Positions 53,201 to 63,800 of a DNA stretch of 64,000 bases are shown here, in pieces. Under the pieces are notes generated by a model. That model was not told the origin of the DNA, did not search any database, and worked only from the letters and a program-made list of their open reading frames with translations. Origin of the DNA: Nageia nagi (taxonomy: Eukaryota > Plantae > Pinophyta); assembly GCA_050084985.1 (NCBI GenBank), contig JBITNC010000001.1:169446001-169510000 (forward strand), in the 5' to 3' direction. Each line of letters starts with the position of its first letter. The first letter of the stretch is position 1. A program made the position numbers and the translations under genes.

Positions 53201-56200
53201 AGAAGGAAACAATGTTGTAGATTGGTTGGCAAACTAGGGTATGCTTAGAGAAGAGGATAAGAGATGGATTCCCCCAGATATTTTCCCTTCTGATCTTATT
53301 CTTATTGGGGAAAAGGAGTCTTAACTGGAAATAGAAAAGTTTAATCTTAACAAAATTTAGTATGGAAAATTAGACATTATTTTCAGTTTGTTCATAGGCA
53401 TAATTTGATGGATTTGAGTGGTGTATGGATCACTTTTTGAAAGCAGTAGTTAAAAGTTGGTTTGATTGAAGAAACTTTTTGTAGCTTTATGAAGCAAGGA
53501 CTGTAAAATTTCTTAGCTGTCTATTCAACTTTTTTTTTGTCTTTTCTTTCGTGAGGTTGGTTGCTGGTTTCTAGGTTAGTAATACTGGACTAACCTTCTT
53601 TTGCATTGTATGTAGTGATGAAGGTTTACTATGCCTGCCTTAGGTTAATGATCTTTGTTTTCTATTTTTTTCTCCTGAAAAATAGTGCTTTACATAAGGA
53701 TGATGTATCCACAGGAATTTGTATTTTAATGGTTTGCAGAGATGAAGGCATAATTTTGAAGGACTTAGACTCCAAATGGGAGCCTGGTGATCGAAGTGGA
53801 AAATGGATAAAATTGAAACCAGACTATATAAATACTGGATCTGATCTTGATGTTCTTATTATAGGTCCGTCTCTCTTTCAGATAAATATGCTTTTATATT
53901 CATTTTGAATTTATGTGCTTGAAACTACAGTTACTTTTTCATTGTTAGTATTTACTTCTGTTTAGATTAATATTTGCTTAACTATGCATAACCATGTTCT
54001 TAACATTGAAAATTTCTACACAGGCGGCTATTATGGATCTGGTCGCCGCGGTGGAGAGGTGCCAATAGCTGAATAACATTTATTTTCTTACATTTTCTTC
54101 AACAAGCTTTTCTTTTCAAGTTTAACTTACAAAATCTTCATTTGTAAGGATAACTAAAAGTTTTAAATCTTTCAGGTAGCACAATTTCTACTAGGTCTTG
54201 CAGAGACTTCAACATCGACCAGCTATCCCACAAGGTTGTCATTGCTGTAGAACTCATAATCTAGATGGAAGATCACTTTATGTTCTTTGAGTTTGTGTTT
54301 AAAAGATATAGTAGGAATTGATTAGCTAAAGGTTGATGTGCTTCAGTACTTATTTTTCCAATCTTAAACAACGAATAATACTATTTATCTTCAAAGATGA
54401 TTTTTGCTTTTGTATGGTCTTTGATGAAGCATGCATTTTTCTTCACATCTTCTAGCCGATGAGGTTTTTGTCCTATTTTTGCTAAAAATCAACCAGCAGA
54501 GTTTAGGTCTTTTTATTTAGCTTTATGTCCAGCATTTCATTTTCTGTTTGACTGTCTATAATGTTTTAGTTTTCTGTGACTCCCCTTGCAGATTTTTCTC
54601 TTTTTGCAAAGTTGGATCAGGCCTTTCTGATGAAGAATGTGGCGTTCTTGTGAGCAAGCTGAAGCCATATTTCAGGTCATTTCATGCATCTCTTTTAGCT
54701 TTCTTGTGTTCTGAGTGAAAACTACTCTTAATCTGATGAGAATCATATCAATTTTCTGTTGGGTGAACCATATTAAGTGTATGATAATTGTTTAATAGTC
54801 TATTTTACTCATTTTTTGTTCAACTGACATGAATTGTATGATAAAAAGAATAGAGAATTATGGTCATTAGATGTCATCATTTCTTCAACCTACATAGTAA
54901 GTACAGAAGTCGTCTTAGATTGATCCCCCAGCATCAACCAACATGATATAATTTGAGAGTCAGCTTGCACCTTTCTCCAAAAGAGATATATTTGGAAGTC
55001 GAAGAACACTCTATATATCTCCAAACCAATTGTTTTCAAGACCAAAAATCTCCAAAATCTAATTCTATCTCATGAACAATACAAAAAATTATACTCTTAA
55101 TATTTCATATTAGAGATATCTGGGAAATTCGAGTTACCATAAGATAGACTTGGTAGTTGTACATTTCCAGTATTTGACACAAAGTCAATCTGATGAGCTG
55201 GTTTTATCTAATATATTGGTAGCCAGATATAAATTAGTAAATCAACCATCTAAGGATCCTCGGTTAAAGCACAAGGAGTTATCCAAATGGCATTGATTCC
55301 TTAAGGCAATCTGATTTCAGTATCTCACATGTTTTGGTTTGGATTTTATGCAGTAGCTGCAACTAATTTGTTTCAGTCCAAGTATTGAATGTGGTGGTCA
55401 TAGTAATCTGTATAGGAAGTAGATTGGCTTCATTGGACATTAACTTGTAGAAATAAAATAAAACAAGTGGAGATAGTGGGAAACCTTTCTGTACAAATAA
55501 CATAAAGTTTCACATTAACTCCACACTTCATGAGAATAAATGAGGGGTCCTGAATGTCGTTGTGAAGTTCAGGTCAAATCCATATGAAAACGTGTTCATC
55601 TGACAGTTGGTATTTGATAATAATACTTTTTGAGTTGTCTCTTTGGTCTTTGCGGCTGTTGTCAAGACTCAAGCAAATGTATTTTACAAGACTTATTTTC
55701 ATCTTTGACAAAAGAGGTTGCAATTAAGTAAAGCTAATAATCCCAATCTGTTTCAGCTAGAATAATTGTTCTCCTTTCTCCATATCCAAGTGTTATAATT
55801 TATTCACATTAGAGAATTATTTTATCTCTCTTAAAGTTCATCATCCCAATGTGTTTGTAAAAGCTCTTGTTCCCGTGCCATAGTTTATATTGGACAGACA
55901 GGCTGCTTCATTCAAATCAAATTAAAAGAACGTGAGGCATATGTATTGCAAATGCAAGCAGTGGTTCCTTTTATAGATGAACATTATCTAAAACTAGATA
56001 CCATGTCTGTTTGCGGAACAGAAACATTATTGCAAAGGAATTTTACTGTTATCATTGTCATCAATATCTTCATTGCTTGAATCGTGCCTTTTAGCCAAAT
56101 GTCATGCTGAGTTTGAGTAGTTAGACTACTCAGATATCGGGAATAGCTGTATCCTAAAGGAATTTCTTAAGAACTGGATCATGTTTTACATTAAATTATT

Positions 56201-58190
56201 ACTTCATATCTGTCGTCAAACTGTTTCAAGTGCTATGAAATCTTGAAATTCAAATATTATTGTCTCGTTCTCTTTTAATATGCAAATTTTAGAAGGAACA
56301 CATACAACATATATGATGTGCAAATCTTGCCAATGGGATCTTGGAGGTTTTCAGTATGACTGTATGAGAACCTGCACTTTGTTCTTGAACTGTCCTGACT
56401 TGTAACTACTTTTTTTCATTTTTCTCCACTGGATGAAAAGATTTTCTTATGTATATGTATGTTTGTTGGCCACAGACGAAATGAAAAGAACTCAAAGGTG
56501 CCCAGCTTTTATATGGTGACAAATAATGCAAAGGAGAGACCTGATGTTTGGATTGATCGACCAGAAAAGTATGTACAATTATTCTTGATTTCTCAAGATG
56601 AAAATACCAATTGCATGACATGGAAAATTCTTCTCGCTTTGAGGATATCTTTGACTCATTTATTTTATACTGCAGATCAGTTATACTTGAAATAGCAAGT
56701 GATGTTAGAATGATTAAGTCTGAGGTAATGGAGGCAACACTTTCTCAAATTTACTTCCTAATTAGTTTGACATGAGAACTGCATATTTTTTTCAGACTTT
56801 TATCATTTCGGCTGTAATTGCAGAATGTTTAATAGTTTTGAATGCATTTTATTCCCTAAATTAATGAGCAAAGTGTATGGCAAGGTTTTCGATTTGATAT
56901 TACATATTATTTGTCTAGTTTGTCATATTTGTCTTTGTTTGTGTAGGTTTTTGCTTCCCCTAATAGTTTAAGATTCCCTCGCATACGTAGAGTACGCTAT
57001 GACAAACCTTGGTATGAATGCCTTGATGTACAGAGTATGCTCTCATTGGTTGTCATTCATTGATCTCTTGATTATTATATACATAAGCTGGTTTTCTTAG
57101 AATTCATCAGTAAACAACATAAGCATGAACCGTCTCTATGGCAGCATTTGTGGACTTAGTACAGTCAAGAAGCAACAATACACAGAGCACTGATCACCAT
57201 GCAGATTTGGATCAAAGGAAACAAAAATATACAAAGGAAACTTCAAAGGGAGAAAAGAAGATTCTGAGTGTTGTACCATCACATATGCTTATGACTGATG
57301 TGTCTGATGTGAAAAGGGAGACATTGATATTCAAGAATCTGATGTTCTGTATCCTTTGGAAGTGACTTCAATTTATAAATGGCAACGTTTGCTGTTGTAT
57401 CATTTTGATTTTTTTGTACTTTGTACCAATTCCCTAGTTTGAAGATATCATTATCGTTTTCTTTGTAGTGGTGCTTGATGCTAAATGCCTATTTTCAAAT
57501 GTTCTTCTTGTTTCGTTTTTGCTTATAATGTTTAATGCCTTAACTTTTACAGACTTTGTAAATTTTCCTCCAGATTATTCACTGGAGAAATTTCACAAAT
57601 TGGTGGTGGAACATGGTGGTTCATTCTCAATGAACTTAAACGAGTCAGTCACTCACACCATTGCAGCTGACAAGAGAGGTGGTCTTTGCTTCTAGTTTTG
57701 TGTTTAAGTTTTTGTGTAGTTTTCTTATTACCGGAGCTTGGAAAATATAAACTATACCCATTGACATCTTTGTTTCAAGACAATATGAGTTTTAGGAGGT
57801 TTTTCTATGGTCTTGCTCTTGTTTCTTAAAACTGTAGGAATCAAGTACCAAGCTGCAGTGAAGCATGGAGATGTCATTCATTACTCCTGGATCATCGACA
57901 GTTGTAAAGAGAAGTCTCTCTTGCCACTGAGAGCAAGGTTAGTAAAATAAGTTGTTCATGTAATCTTTATGCGTAATTAGAATAATGATAAGAGAACTTT
58001 CTGATCATAAAGTAACTGTGTTTTGTTATTAGTTAATGACTTTATTTACTTGTTTATGTTATTTTGGCTTTTGCCCGAGCACAGGTATTTTCTTCACCTT
58101 TCAAACTTAACCAAGGAGAAAATGAAGGAGGATGTTGATGAATTTGGGGATCAATACTTTTGGGATGTTGATCTTTCAGATCTGAGACAG
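2154..58190 (+). CDS. LIG4: DNA ligase IV, internal part of gene; join(2154..2225,2998..3077,3184..3221,3352..3358,31442..31597,31904..31979,53740..53864,54024..54058,54176..54234,54592..54675,56476..56568,56676..56724,56947..57034,57145..57348,57553..57678,57838..57937,58085..58190)
   Basis: Exons splice at AG/GT sites into one stop-free frame (1+1497 nt). It contains ATP-dependent ligase motifs ILDGEM, YVAFD, EGIILK, WIKLK and LRFPR, plus a BRCT region (IFKNLMFYFVN...HGG...SWIIDS). Order matches plant LIG4 as I recall it. The catalytic KxDG exon and the C-terminus are outside the window. Confidence 0.96.
2998..3077 (+). CDS. LIG4: LIG4 exon CILDGEMLVWDKDSNRFADFGTNQEI (motif III)
   Basis: caag acceptor, gtcaga donor; inside ORF 2984..3196. 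Confidence 0.95.
3184..3221 (+). CDS. LIG4: LIG4 exon AKAAREGLETNQQ
   Basis: gacag acceptor, gtatgc donor. Confidence 0.93.
3352..3358 (+). CDS. LIG4: LIG4 7-nt microexon CTTTGTT (L-C-first base of Y)
   Basis: Long U-rich tract plus ccag acceptor; followed by GTATCCTTTT; restores QLCYVAFD and the frame. Confidence 0.88.
4486..8709 (+). mobile_element. L1-type LINE with inverted 5' part (about 4486-7965 on minus) and sense 3' part with A-rich tail
   Basis: Minus strand: ORF1-like DUF4283 (WIRTSW...YVTVLF), endonuclease end (SDHFP), pre-RT FNQGMIKLIPK. Plus strand: zf-RVT-like FAWSLIFQGLLCKARL..CCVGC, then an A tail at 8691-8709. TSD AATGATcaATTA (4474-4485) / AATGATtgATTA (8708-8719). Confidence 0.82.
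6223..7421 (-). mobile_element. Solo LTR, 1,199 bp, inserted in LINE ORF1
   Basis: TG...TA ends (CA decayed); TSD GTGAA at 6218-6222 and 7422-7426; removing it restores the frame NDVDDSPQEDERQR. Confidence 0.85.
11620..12070. repeat. Degenerate 30-bp tandem array (GCTCAAYGTGGG... unit; 10-aa xPTL repeats on minus)
   Basis: ORF 11480..11947 reads YPTLSFGKAK-HPTLGSKEFG-HLTLSIGEAS-QPTLNMRVVA. Confidence 0.8.
13800..13950. repeat. 30-bp tandem repeat, about 5 copies (CTCTCTGTCATCCTTGGTGTGATGTGGGGT)
   Basis: Directly visible; translates as HHTKDDRETP repeats on minus. Confidence 0.9.
16860..20070 (+). pseudogene. Degenerate ORF of element A (unknown conserved N-terminal domain, S/T-rich linker, coiled-coil C-terminus)
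   Basis: Fragments align by eye with element B ORF: FPELCYEVGQ/FPELCMEVGH, LSRVTRKKDDSKF/LSKVLKKEDTSKF, WSKVISD/WSKVLSD, YIRVYG..QLPRF/YIRIHR..QLPRF; several stops and frameshifts. Confidence 0.75.
21480..22700 (-). mobile_element. Highly decayed Gypsy pol (RT) fragment
   Basis: KGYIRRS, WKTALK, GPEAFMRMMNDI, and AYLDNI (YLDD-like; present twice through a duplication of about 63 bp at 21592-21715). Confidence 0.65.
24639..27890 (-). pseudogene. Degenerate ORF of element B, homologous to the element A ORF
   Basis: Chain of minus-strand ORFs 27375-27695, 27105-27374, 26727-27098, 26460-26651, 25716-26300, 25233-25469, 24639-25145, broken by stops and frameshifts. Confidence 0.78.
28270..29110. 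repeat. Array of imperfect palindromic units (TGGCGCATG...AAAGACAAGATT...TTTTGAGGCATGCGCCA)
   Basis: About 7 units; e.g. arms CTTGGCGCATGC 28463-28474 and GCATGCGCCAAG 28505-28516. Confidence 0.8.
31442..31597 (+). CDS. LIG4: LIG4 exon (Y)VAFDILYAGDTSVIHQSLHERHQLLREVVKPLKGRLEILVPQANPKSCLTS
   Basis: Motif IIIa; atcag acceptor, gtaaaa donor. Confidence 0.95.
31904..31979 (+). CDS. LIG4: LIG4 exon GEPCRSFVAHSVEEVAKFFQETVEN(R)
   Basis: tgcag acceptor, gtttgt donor. Confidence 0.92.
32312..33249. mobile_element. Probable MITE or non-autonomous DNA transposon with extremely AT-rich core
   Basis: Inverted ends CTAACTTACgAAATT / AATTTtGTAAGTTAG; no clear TSD; abuts a (TG)/(TA) microsatellite. Confidence 0.55.
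34561..39408 (-). mobile_element. Element C: 3' (R-U5-like) part of the A/B family, interrupted by a hAT
   Basis: Begins TGTTGGGATG on plus; co-linear with element D (59793-60715) up to CCTAGTGTTGCC. Confidence 0.78.
34680..38573 (-). mobile_element. Near full-length hAT transposon with intron-containing transposase pseudogene (BED finger, DUF659, dimerisation domain)
   Basis: TIRs CATAGTTAAAAAAATCG / CGATTTTTACAACTACG; TSD ATTGAAA(gt)C / ATTGAAAC; AATCGG subterminal repeats; motifs GGGIYRMKFHLA, SDGWTD, CVAH, TRFATSFLTL, MGYVYE, NDLVFVHYNLRL; a few stops. Confidence 0.93.
40787..42108 (+). mobile_element. Solo LTR E, 1,322 bp, same family as F, opposite orientation
   Basis: TGTAAC...TTTACA ends; TSD CGGAA; TATATAA at 41341. 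Confidence 0.9.
42383..48221 (-). mobile_element. Non-autonomous (LARD-like) LTR element G
   Basis: LTRs 42383-43794 and 46777-48221; TSD TAGAA; PBS TGGTATCAAAGCC (iMet) at 46762-46774; PPT GGAGGGGAGGCTT; no recognisable gag or pol motifs. Confidence 0.92.
45330..46140. repeat. Degenerate 30-bp tandem array, same GCTCAAYGTGGG unit as 11620-12070
   Basis: Period 30 visible; minus translation HPTLEEEVAN-HPTLSSEELA-LATLSPWKLE. Confidence 0.8.
51890..53181 (+). mobile_element. hAT 3' half remnant with right terminus
   Basis: PLVRVLHLVD, MYDTIDRAK, IWDIIDQCW, NDLVFVQYNL; ends ...CTACTATG, similar to the CATAGT TIR of 34680. Confidence 0.82.
53184..53350 (+). mobile_element. Short LINE RNase H 3' fragment
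   Basis: NHVLREGNNVVDWLAN motif. Confidence 0.6.
53740..53864 (+). CDS. LIG4: LIG4 exon DEGIILKDLDSKWEPGDRSGKWIKLKPDYINTGSDLDVLII (motifs IV, V)
   Basis: tgcag acceptor, gtccgt donor; follows a 21,760-nt intron. Confidence 0.96.
54024..54058 (+). CDS. LIG4: LIG4 exon GGYYGSGRRGGE
   Basis: cacag acceptor, gtgcca donor. Confidence 0.93.
54176..54234 (+). CDS. LIG4: LIG4 exon VAQFLLGLAETSTSTSYPT(R)
   Basis: ttcag acceptor, gttgtc donor. Confidence 0.92.
54592..54675 (+). CDS. LIG4: LIG4 exon FFSFCKVGSGLSDEECGVLVSKLKPYF(R)
   Basis: OB-fold KVGSG motif; tgcag acceptor, gtcatt donor. Confidence 0.94.
56476..56568 (+). CDS. LIG4: LIG4 exon RNEKNSKVPSFYMVTNNAKERPDVWIDRPE(K)
   Basis: cacag acceptor, gtatgt donor. 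Confidence 0.94.
56676..56724 (+). CDS. LIG4: LIG4 exon SVILEIASDVRMIKSE
   Basis: tgcag acceptor, gtaatg donor. Confidence 0.92.
56947..57034 (+). CDS. LIG4: LIG4 exon VFASPNSLRFPRIRRVRYDKPWYECLDVQ (motif VI)
   Basis: tgtag acceptor, gtatgc donor. Confidence 0.95.
57145..57348 (+). CDS. LIG4: LIG4 exon, linker to BRCT1 (FVDLVQSRS...IFKNLMF)
   Basis: gcag acceptor; U12 donor GTATCCTTT. Confidence 0.93.
57349..57552 (+). other. LIG4: U12-type GT-AG intron, 204 nt
   Basis: 5' GTATCCTTT; branch site GCCTTAAC at 57537-57544, ending 8 nt before the intron end. Confidence 0.93.
57553..57678 (+). CDS. LIG4: LIG4 exon BRCT1 (Y)FVNFPPDYSLEKFHKLVVEHGGSFSMNLNESVTHTIAADKR
   Basis: tacag acceptor, gtggtc donor. 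Confidence 0.94.
57838..57937 (+). CDS. LIG4: LIG4 exon GIKYQAAVKHGDVIHYSWIIDSCKEKSLLPLRA(R)
   Basis: BRCT W-x-x-x-S/C motif; tgtag acceptor, gttagt donor. Confidence 0.93.
58085..58190 (+). CDS. LIG4: LIG4 exon YFLHLSNLTKEKMKEDVDEFGDQYFWDVDLSDLRQ
   Basis: cacag acceptor, gtacat donor; last exon visible in the window. Confidence 0.93.
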
Positions 58191-58929
58191 GTACATTATG
58201 CCTAATTGACTTTGCTCAACTTGTTTTATCTCAGTACTGTCAAAAAATGAAGAACTTTTAGAAAACCTTGTTTTGTGGACATGTGTGGAGGGAGTTATTG
58301 GCAGTTTAACTTTAAAATTTAAAATAGGTGGACACTTTATTAGATACAAATGTTTTGAAGAGACACCATCAAGAGATTTTAGCTATGTTATACTTGTTGT
58401 CACCTGTTGACTCTTATATTTTGCACTCTCTCTATATATGAATATATTAGCTTTAATACTTCTCATATGCTGTTATTGTACATAGTTGCCAAAATTGTAA
58501 TCGCCAATTTATTGGCAATTGATCAACGAAAATCAGCGTGTTGCAAATATTTTTAAATCAAATATGAGAAAAATTGCAAAAATGAAATGTATCAAAATGC
58601 TGATTGGAAGTATGTCTTTTTCAGTTGCATGCTCTATTTTCTCTAGAAATGCAATGTTTTTTCGGTATTTTCAGTTCACCATGATTTTTCAACAGCCTGT
58701 GATTGTCTTTTAGTTTTTTTCAATCTTTTGAATAGATATTGCTTTCTTGGAAAATATTTTCTTGACCTACCTATGGACAAAAAAATGGTTATCAAGGGTA
58801 TTAGGCCTTCTTAATGTTTACTTGAGACTTGCTTATATGAAGTCTGAAGCACACCTGCATCACTTATCTTACAGAAATCAAATTTCCAGCAAGACCAGGA
58901 ATACGAAGTACACCTGGGAGGGATTTAAT

Positions 58930-59792
58930 CCTTCCATCCTTTAACAATAACTTCACCCTTCCATGACCAATGATTTTTGCATGTTGAATCATCTCCCAAA
59001 AATACATTACCTCCATCAGATTTTTCGTACTCACAAGACCACTCCCTATGCTGAGTCATATGATAAGAGGCACCAATATTGATCAATGATGCTTCACGAT
59101 TTGGATGTGTGCTAGAAGACGCCAACTACATATCTTCTCCTTGAGTAGATTTCTTTGCTTTTGTGGAAGTAGAATCATCAGATCCCTTTGCATTCTCAAT
59201 ATTCTTGGATCTACTTTCCTTCTTCATATGCCTAGCATTACTACATTTCCAACATTTTACTACAAATTTTCCATGAGAATTAGATCTCCCTTTAGACTTA
59301 GATCTATCATCAAATCTAGATTTCTTCCTTTCCTTGGTATGCCCCCTTACATTTAGGGCATACTTGGATAGATCCTCCATGGATTTTCTTCTCATATCCT
59401 TTGATAACAGGGATGCTTTCATATCCTCAAACTTCAAACTAGTTGAACCTGGCCTTCCAATTGCTACAACCAGATTATCTCATGAATCTGGTAACGAACA
59501 TAACAAGGTAATACATTTATCCTCTTCACTCATCTTAATATCAACAGATGCGAGTTGACTTACCAACGTGTTGAACACATTAAGATGATATGCTACAAAA
59601 TCCCTTCATTCATTATGAGGAGATACAACTTCTTTCGAGGGAATAATTTATTCACTAGGGACTTAGATTGATACAAAGCCTCCAACTTATTCCACAACTC
59701 CTTTGCACTATTTTCTCCAAAGATAGGGATCAGAATTGAATCTGCAAGGCATAGCCGAATAAGACTTTTTGCCTTTCAGTTAATCTTGTCCC
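58930..59792 (-). mobile_element. Ty1/Copia gag-protease fragment
   Basis: LIRLCLADS, LYQSKSLVNK, LLCSLPDS, decayed zinc knuckle CWKCSNARHMKKE, and INIGASYHMT. Confidence 0.87.
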
Positions 59793-62400
59793 TGTTGGGA
59801 TGTTTTTCTTTCCTCTTACAAAAGCTGTTGGATGATGGCAAATAGGGAAACTATCACAACATTTAGATGAGATAGCATTACCTATCCCCACTTGAAAGGA
59901 CTGAAACCTCAAGGTTTATATTTTTGAATATGCTACCTTGTTTGATAAATCTTTGGGAATAGTTCAAAGGGGGAGATGGTAGCTATTAACCCATGTTTTA
60001 AAGCCTCTCGAGTGTTTTACAATGTTCAAAAGTTGTATCAGTTTCAAAAAAAGGTAAAAGAAAGCAGTAAAAAAATAAAGGAAAAGGAAAGTTGAGAATA
60101 ACAAAGAAGCTTAAGTTAATCTCTGAGTAGATCACCTATGACCAATGATGCATTGTCTAAATTACTTACTTTCCGGATTAGTTAAGAAATATTATTCATT
60201 CATCAAATCTACAACAAATGACATAGTCCAAATTCCATGTAGATAAGAGCAAGTAGTAGTTTGATCCTCTAGGAATCACTTGAAGATAGATGGAAATACA
60301 AAGATATGATTGCCAAGTAGTAGGAATGATGATTTCTAGTTAAATGACATAGAAAGTAAGTAAAATTCAAAATACAATCACTTAGCATGCAAGTTGTGAG
60401 AAGTGACAATTCAAATGCTTTCATAAACTCTTCAAGTAGCTTTCCCTAAAAACTTTTAAGTTTTGAAAGGAAATAAACATAAGCATATGAATCACCACAA
60501 GAAAGATGCAAACTTTATAAATTCAATCCACAACTCCAAGAAATGACAAGCTCCATTTAGGTCTTCAAATCCACCACTTCATTCAATAGAAAAAGAGTTT
60601 GCAATCTCTACAAGTTATGCTCTCCTCTAGAGAATTAGTTTCATTCTCCATACAAAAATGACCCATAGTGGGTATTTATAGCATAAAAGTCATAATTGCC
60701 TAGTGTTGCCGTAATGCAATTGAAATGAAATTGAAATTACATTGAATTGTTATTTGAGCTTGTGGGAGCAAAAACTCGTTCTCACAAGTCAATTAAAAAA
60801 TAACATACTCTTAAGATCTTAAATCTATTGAATAAGAAATCATAATAAAAGCTAAGAAGCTTTATTAGGTTGCATGAAAGATGCAATCTTTTCCTTGAAT
60901 TTGGCACCCATCAAAGCCTCCACCTTCTTCACTCCTATAACAAATATCTCCAATGTGCTGCCATGTTTCTTCAAGTACTCTATGATATTGTTGGAAGTGT
61001 GCTCCTTTTGGTACCCCCAAACTACCAATTGCCTTTCATTCTTGATTTGCTTCCCAAATTTGAGGATGTTCACATATTGGGTATGAATACGTTTGTTGAT
61101 GAAGTGATGGGACCCTTTCACCACTAAGTCTTCTTTCCTCGCATTGGCGTCCTCTTGAATGAACCTTAGCCCATGCTGATATCCATCCATTTGTCGCTAG
61201 ATGTTCCTCTTCAGATTTTCCCTTGTATCGATAAGATCATGGTGTTTGTTCTCTGAATAATTCAACCAATCATAGTGAAAGAGGAACCCTTGACAATAGA
61301 GCAATTCCCTTGGTTTATTTATTGAAATTTCACGTAGTGTGACTATTGTTGGATAACTTTTACCCCATCTTTCTAGCAATTCACATTTTTTTCCTTTCAT
61401 GGTGCTTATTCCTACTTCTGTCGAACGATTAGTTATTTGTAAAGAGAGTTTTTTAATGGCGTCCAAGATCTCTTTTGTCAAATCATCTTTCATCATCGTG
61501 ATTCCTACAGTCAACGAGACCTGTAGCTTGATATCCTATTGTTTCATCTTGCAGCTTCGATTTCCTTGACCAACTTTCTCCTTTTGGCCAACTATTTCTT
61601 CAACTCTCTGATCACATGATCCTTTTGGGCTCCCTCTTTCTCCATGGCAGCAACATTGGCAGTGATTGCATGTTTCCTTTGAGTCCATCCGATTTTTCCC
61701 TCTTCCACCTCGTGGGTGTGAACTCTCAAACCTTGTATCCCTTGGGGATTCCTCTTCTTTGAATAGAATTTGCTAATAGCAATCGAAGTCTCCTTCATGG
61801 TGACGAAGGTGTTGATTTAATGTACTGGTGAGGGTTCATCTTCTGCCCTGTGGTCTTCTTCACTTTCCTTTAAACACAAAGTATCAATAGTATCTTTTGT
61901 TTAGAGGTTTGTTTTGATTTGAAGGAATGTCTTGTTGTGTCGATCAAGCCTCTAAACACAATTGAGGAAAATATAGTTAGGATAAAATGACATAAAACAA
62001 ATGATTAATGACTATTATTATGCTAAAAGGATAAAAGATAGAGATTACCTTATTGAAGTTGTCGTAGTAGACAAAAATGATGAATTTGATGATGCAAGAT
62101 CCATTTATGTAAAATAGAATCAAAATCCATAGACACAAATTGTAAATGCTTATGTGGATTAAAGGTTATGTAGATACAAATGAGATAATAGGTTACTATG
62201 CATGAGCCAAAAAGTAGATCCATGAATTGTTGTTGCATATTAAGATTGATATGTGGACACAAGCTGAAGACTTGCATACAAGGTACAAAATATGCACAAA
62301 ATATTCAAAAGATTTGTAGTTGAAGCTTCGATTTTCAATTGCTTTTTTCTTAATCATGCAATGGTTGGGTATTTATAGGGAAATCTACATGCATGGATTC
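59793..62400 (-). mobile_element. Element D: truncated A/B-family member inserted in Copia gag
   Basis: Same terminal block as A, B and C; ORF piece QKDHVIRELKK matches A QKNIQIRELKK and B KDKEIKGLKK; right end not found. Confidence 0.75.
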
Positions 62401-62463
62401 AGTTGATTGTAATTTTTTCAAAGATATATGGATAATGATAATGATGTGTCTCACCTTGGGTGT

Positions 62464-62609
62464 GTTGTAAGATTAAAATGATAACAATTTGTGATTCATA
62501 TGATTTCAATGTGTTGTTAATGATGGTGTCATTTTTGTTGTAAGATTAAAATGATAACAATCTGTGATTCATATGATTTCAATGTGTTGTTAATGATGGT
62601 GTCATTTTT
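62464..62609. repeat. Tandem duplication, 2 x 73 bp, one mismatch
   Basis: GTTGTAAGATTAAAATGATAACAAT(T/C)TGTG...GTCATTTTT repeated. Confidence 0.92.
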
Positions 62610-63149
62610 AGATTTCTACACAAGGATCTTGTAGCCTAAGAAATTCTTCCTTGAGTTTTTTAAAGAAATATTTGTATATCTAATCTGTTCAACTTTTTAG
62701 CATGTAAATATTACTCCAGGCACACATGGTAGATTCCTATCTGGCTTTTTAGTGTTAGAATATTAAATTATAATATTTACTTCACAGTAGTTGTCTATTA
62801 CAGTTAACATGTGGGCTATTATATTCCTATGTGCACAAATACAAGGTCAAGCCTGTATTGAATGCACCCAACTGACTAAGATGGTTTAGATGCTGATCAA
62901 GCCTGTTAGGTGGGTTTAATTAAAGCTTGCACAAGATTACATATATCCAGCCTTTGTCTCCATATATTAGCATCCAATGAGAGCAATTCACATCTATTTG
63001 TGTGCAGACCAATTTTTCATAGTATTATTGTTTTTGGGTTTTATTCAACCAATTGTTCTCTTATCTTATTACCAACATTTGATAACAAAGCTCTTCTCTC
63101 AAGGCCTTCAAAGTCATTCTCGAGGGCTCTTTTTCAAAGGCATCATCAA

Positions 63150-63800
63150 TGAAAGCATCACTTTCCTTTTTGTTCGTGATCGAATGATCACTTGGTTGAA
63201 TCTTAACTAAAATTGGCACTTGCATTGCAATGTCTCCTAGAATGGCCAAGCTCTACATGTAACACAACTTTATATTCAAAGCTGGAATTTGAGTTTAGTT
63301 TGATGAAGCCAAAGCTGCCAAGGGCCTTCGTTGATAATCATTGAGCTACTCCCTCCCCATATAAAGAATCCTTTGGTCGTTTGCATTTGTGAACACAAGG
63401 CTTCAAAGCATTGGGTGGCCACAAATAATCTATTGGAACAAATTTGCAATCACATATTTCTAGACATCGAAGAACTCAAAATCGTCCTTCTGAACTCCGT
63501 GCTCTCATAGATGACAACTTGCCAATCGAAGTATTTGCTGGAAATTTGTCTTTGCTGTTGGGTGAATATGCAGATGCCCTACTCCGAACACCAGAGGGGG
63601 AGGGTGAATTTTTCTCAATGCTCAACAAGATTGGAACGCACGACCTTGTGATGGTGATTCTTGTTGGGGGTTACAGTTTCGAGAAAACCCTTAAATATTG
63701 TTTATTATTTACGACAAGGCAACTAGTGTTTGTCATTGCTATGGGTTTCCAACCCATGCTGGCTCATGGTATTGGAGAAGGGGTTGCAATTGCACATTGT
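63150..63800 (-). mobile_element. Decayed LINE ORF2 (post-RT) fragment
   Basis: KGFFIWG and GSFGFI (GGLGI-like) remnants; boundaries approximate. Confidence 0.45.

Noticed and set aside
57035-57144. GTATGC donors (here and at 3222) as extra U12 introns
   Set aside because: They lack the CC at +5/+6 and a CCTTAAC branch site; they fit ordinary U2 introns.
62910-63210. Possible next LIG4 exon after the tgcag at about 63007
   Set aside because: Translation does not resemble the LIG4 XRCC4-binding or BRCT2 region.
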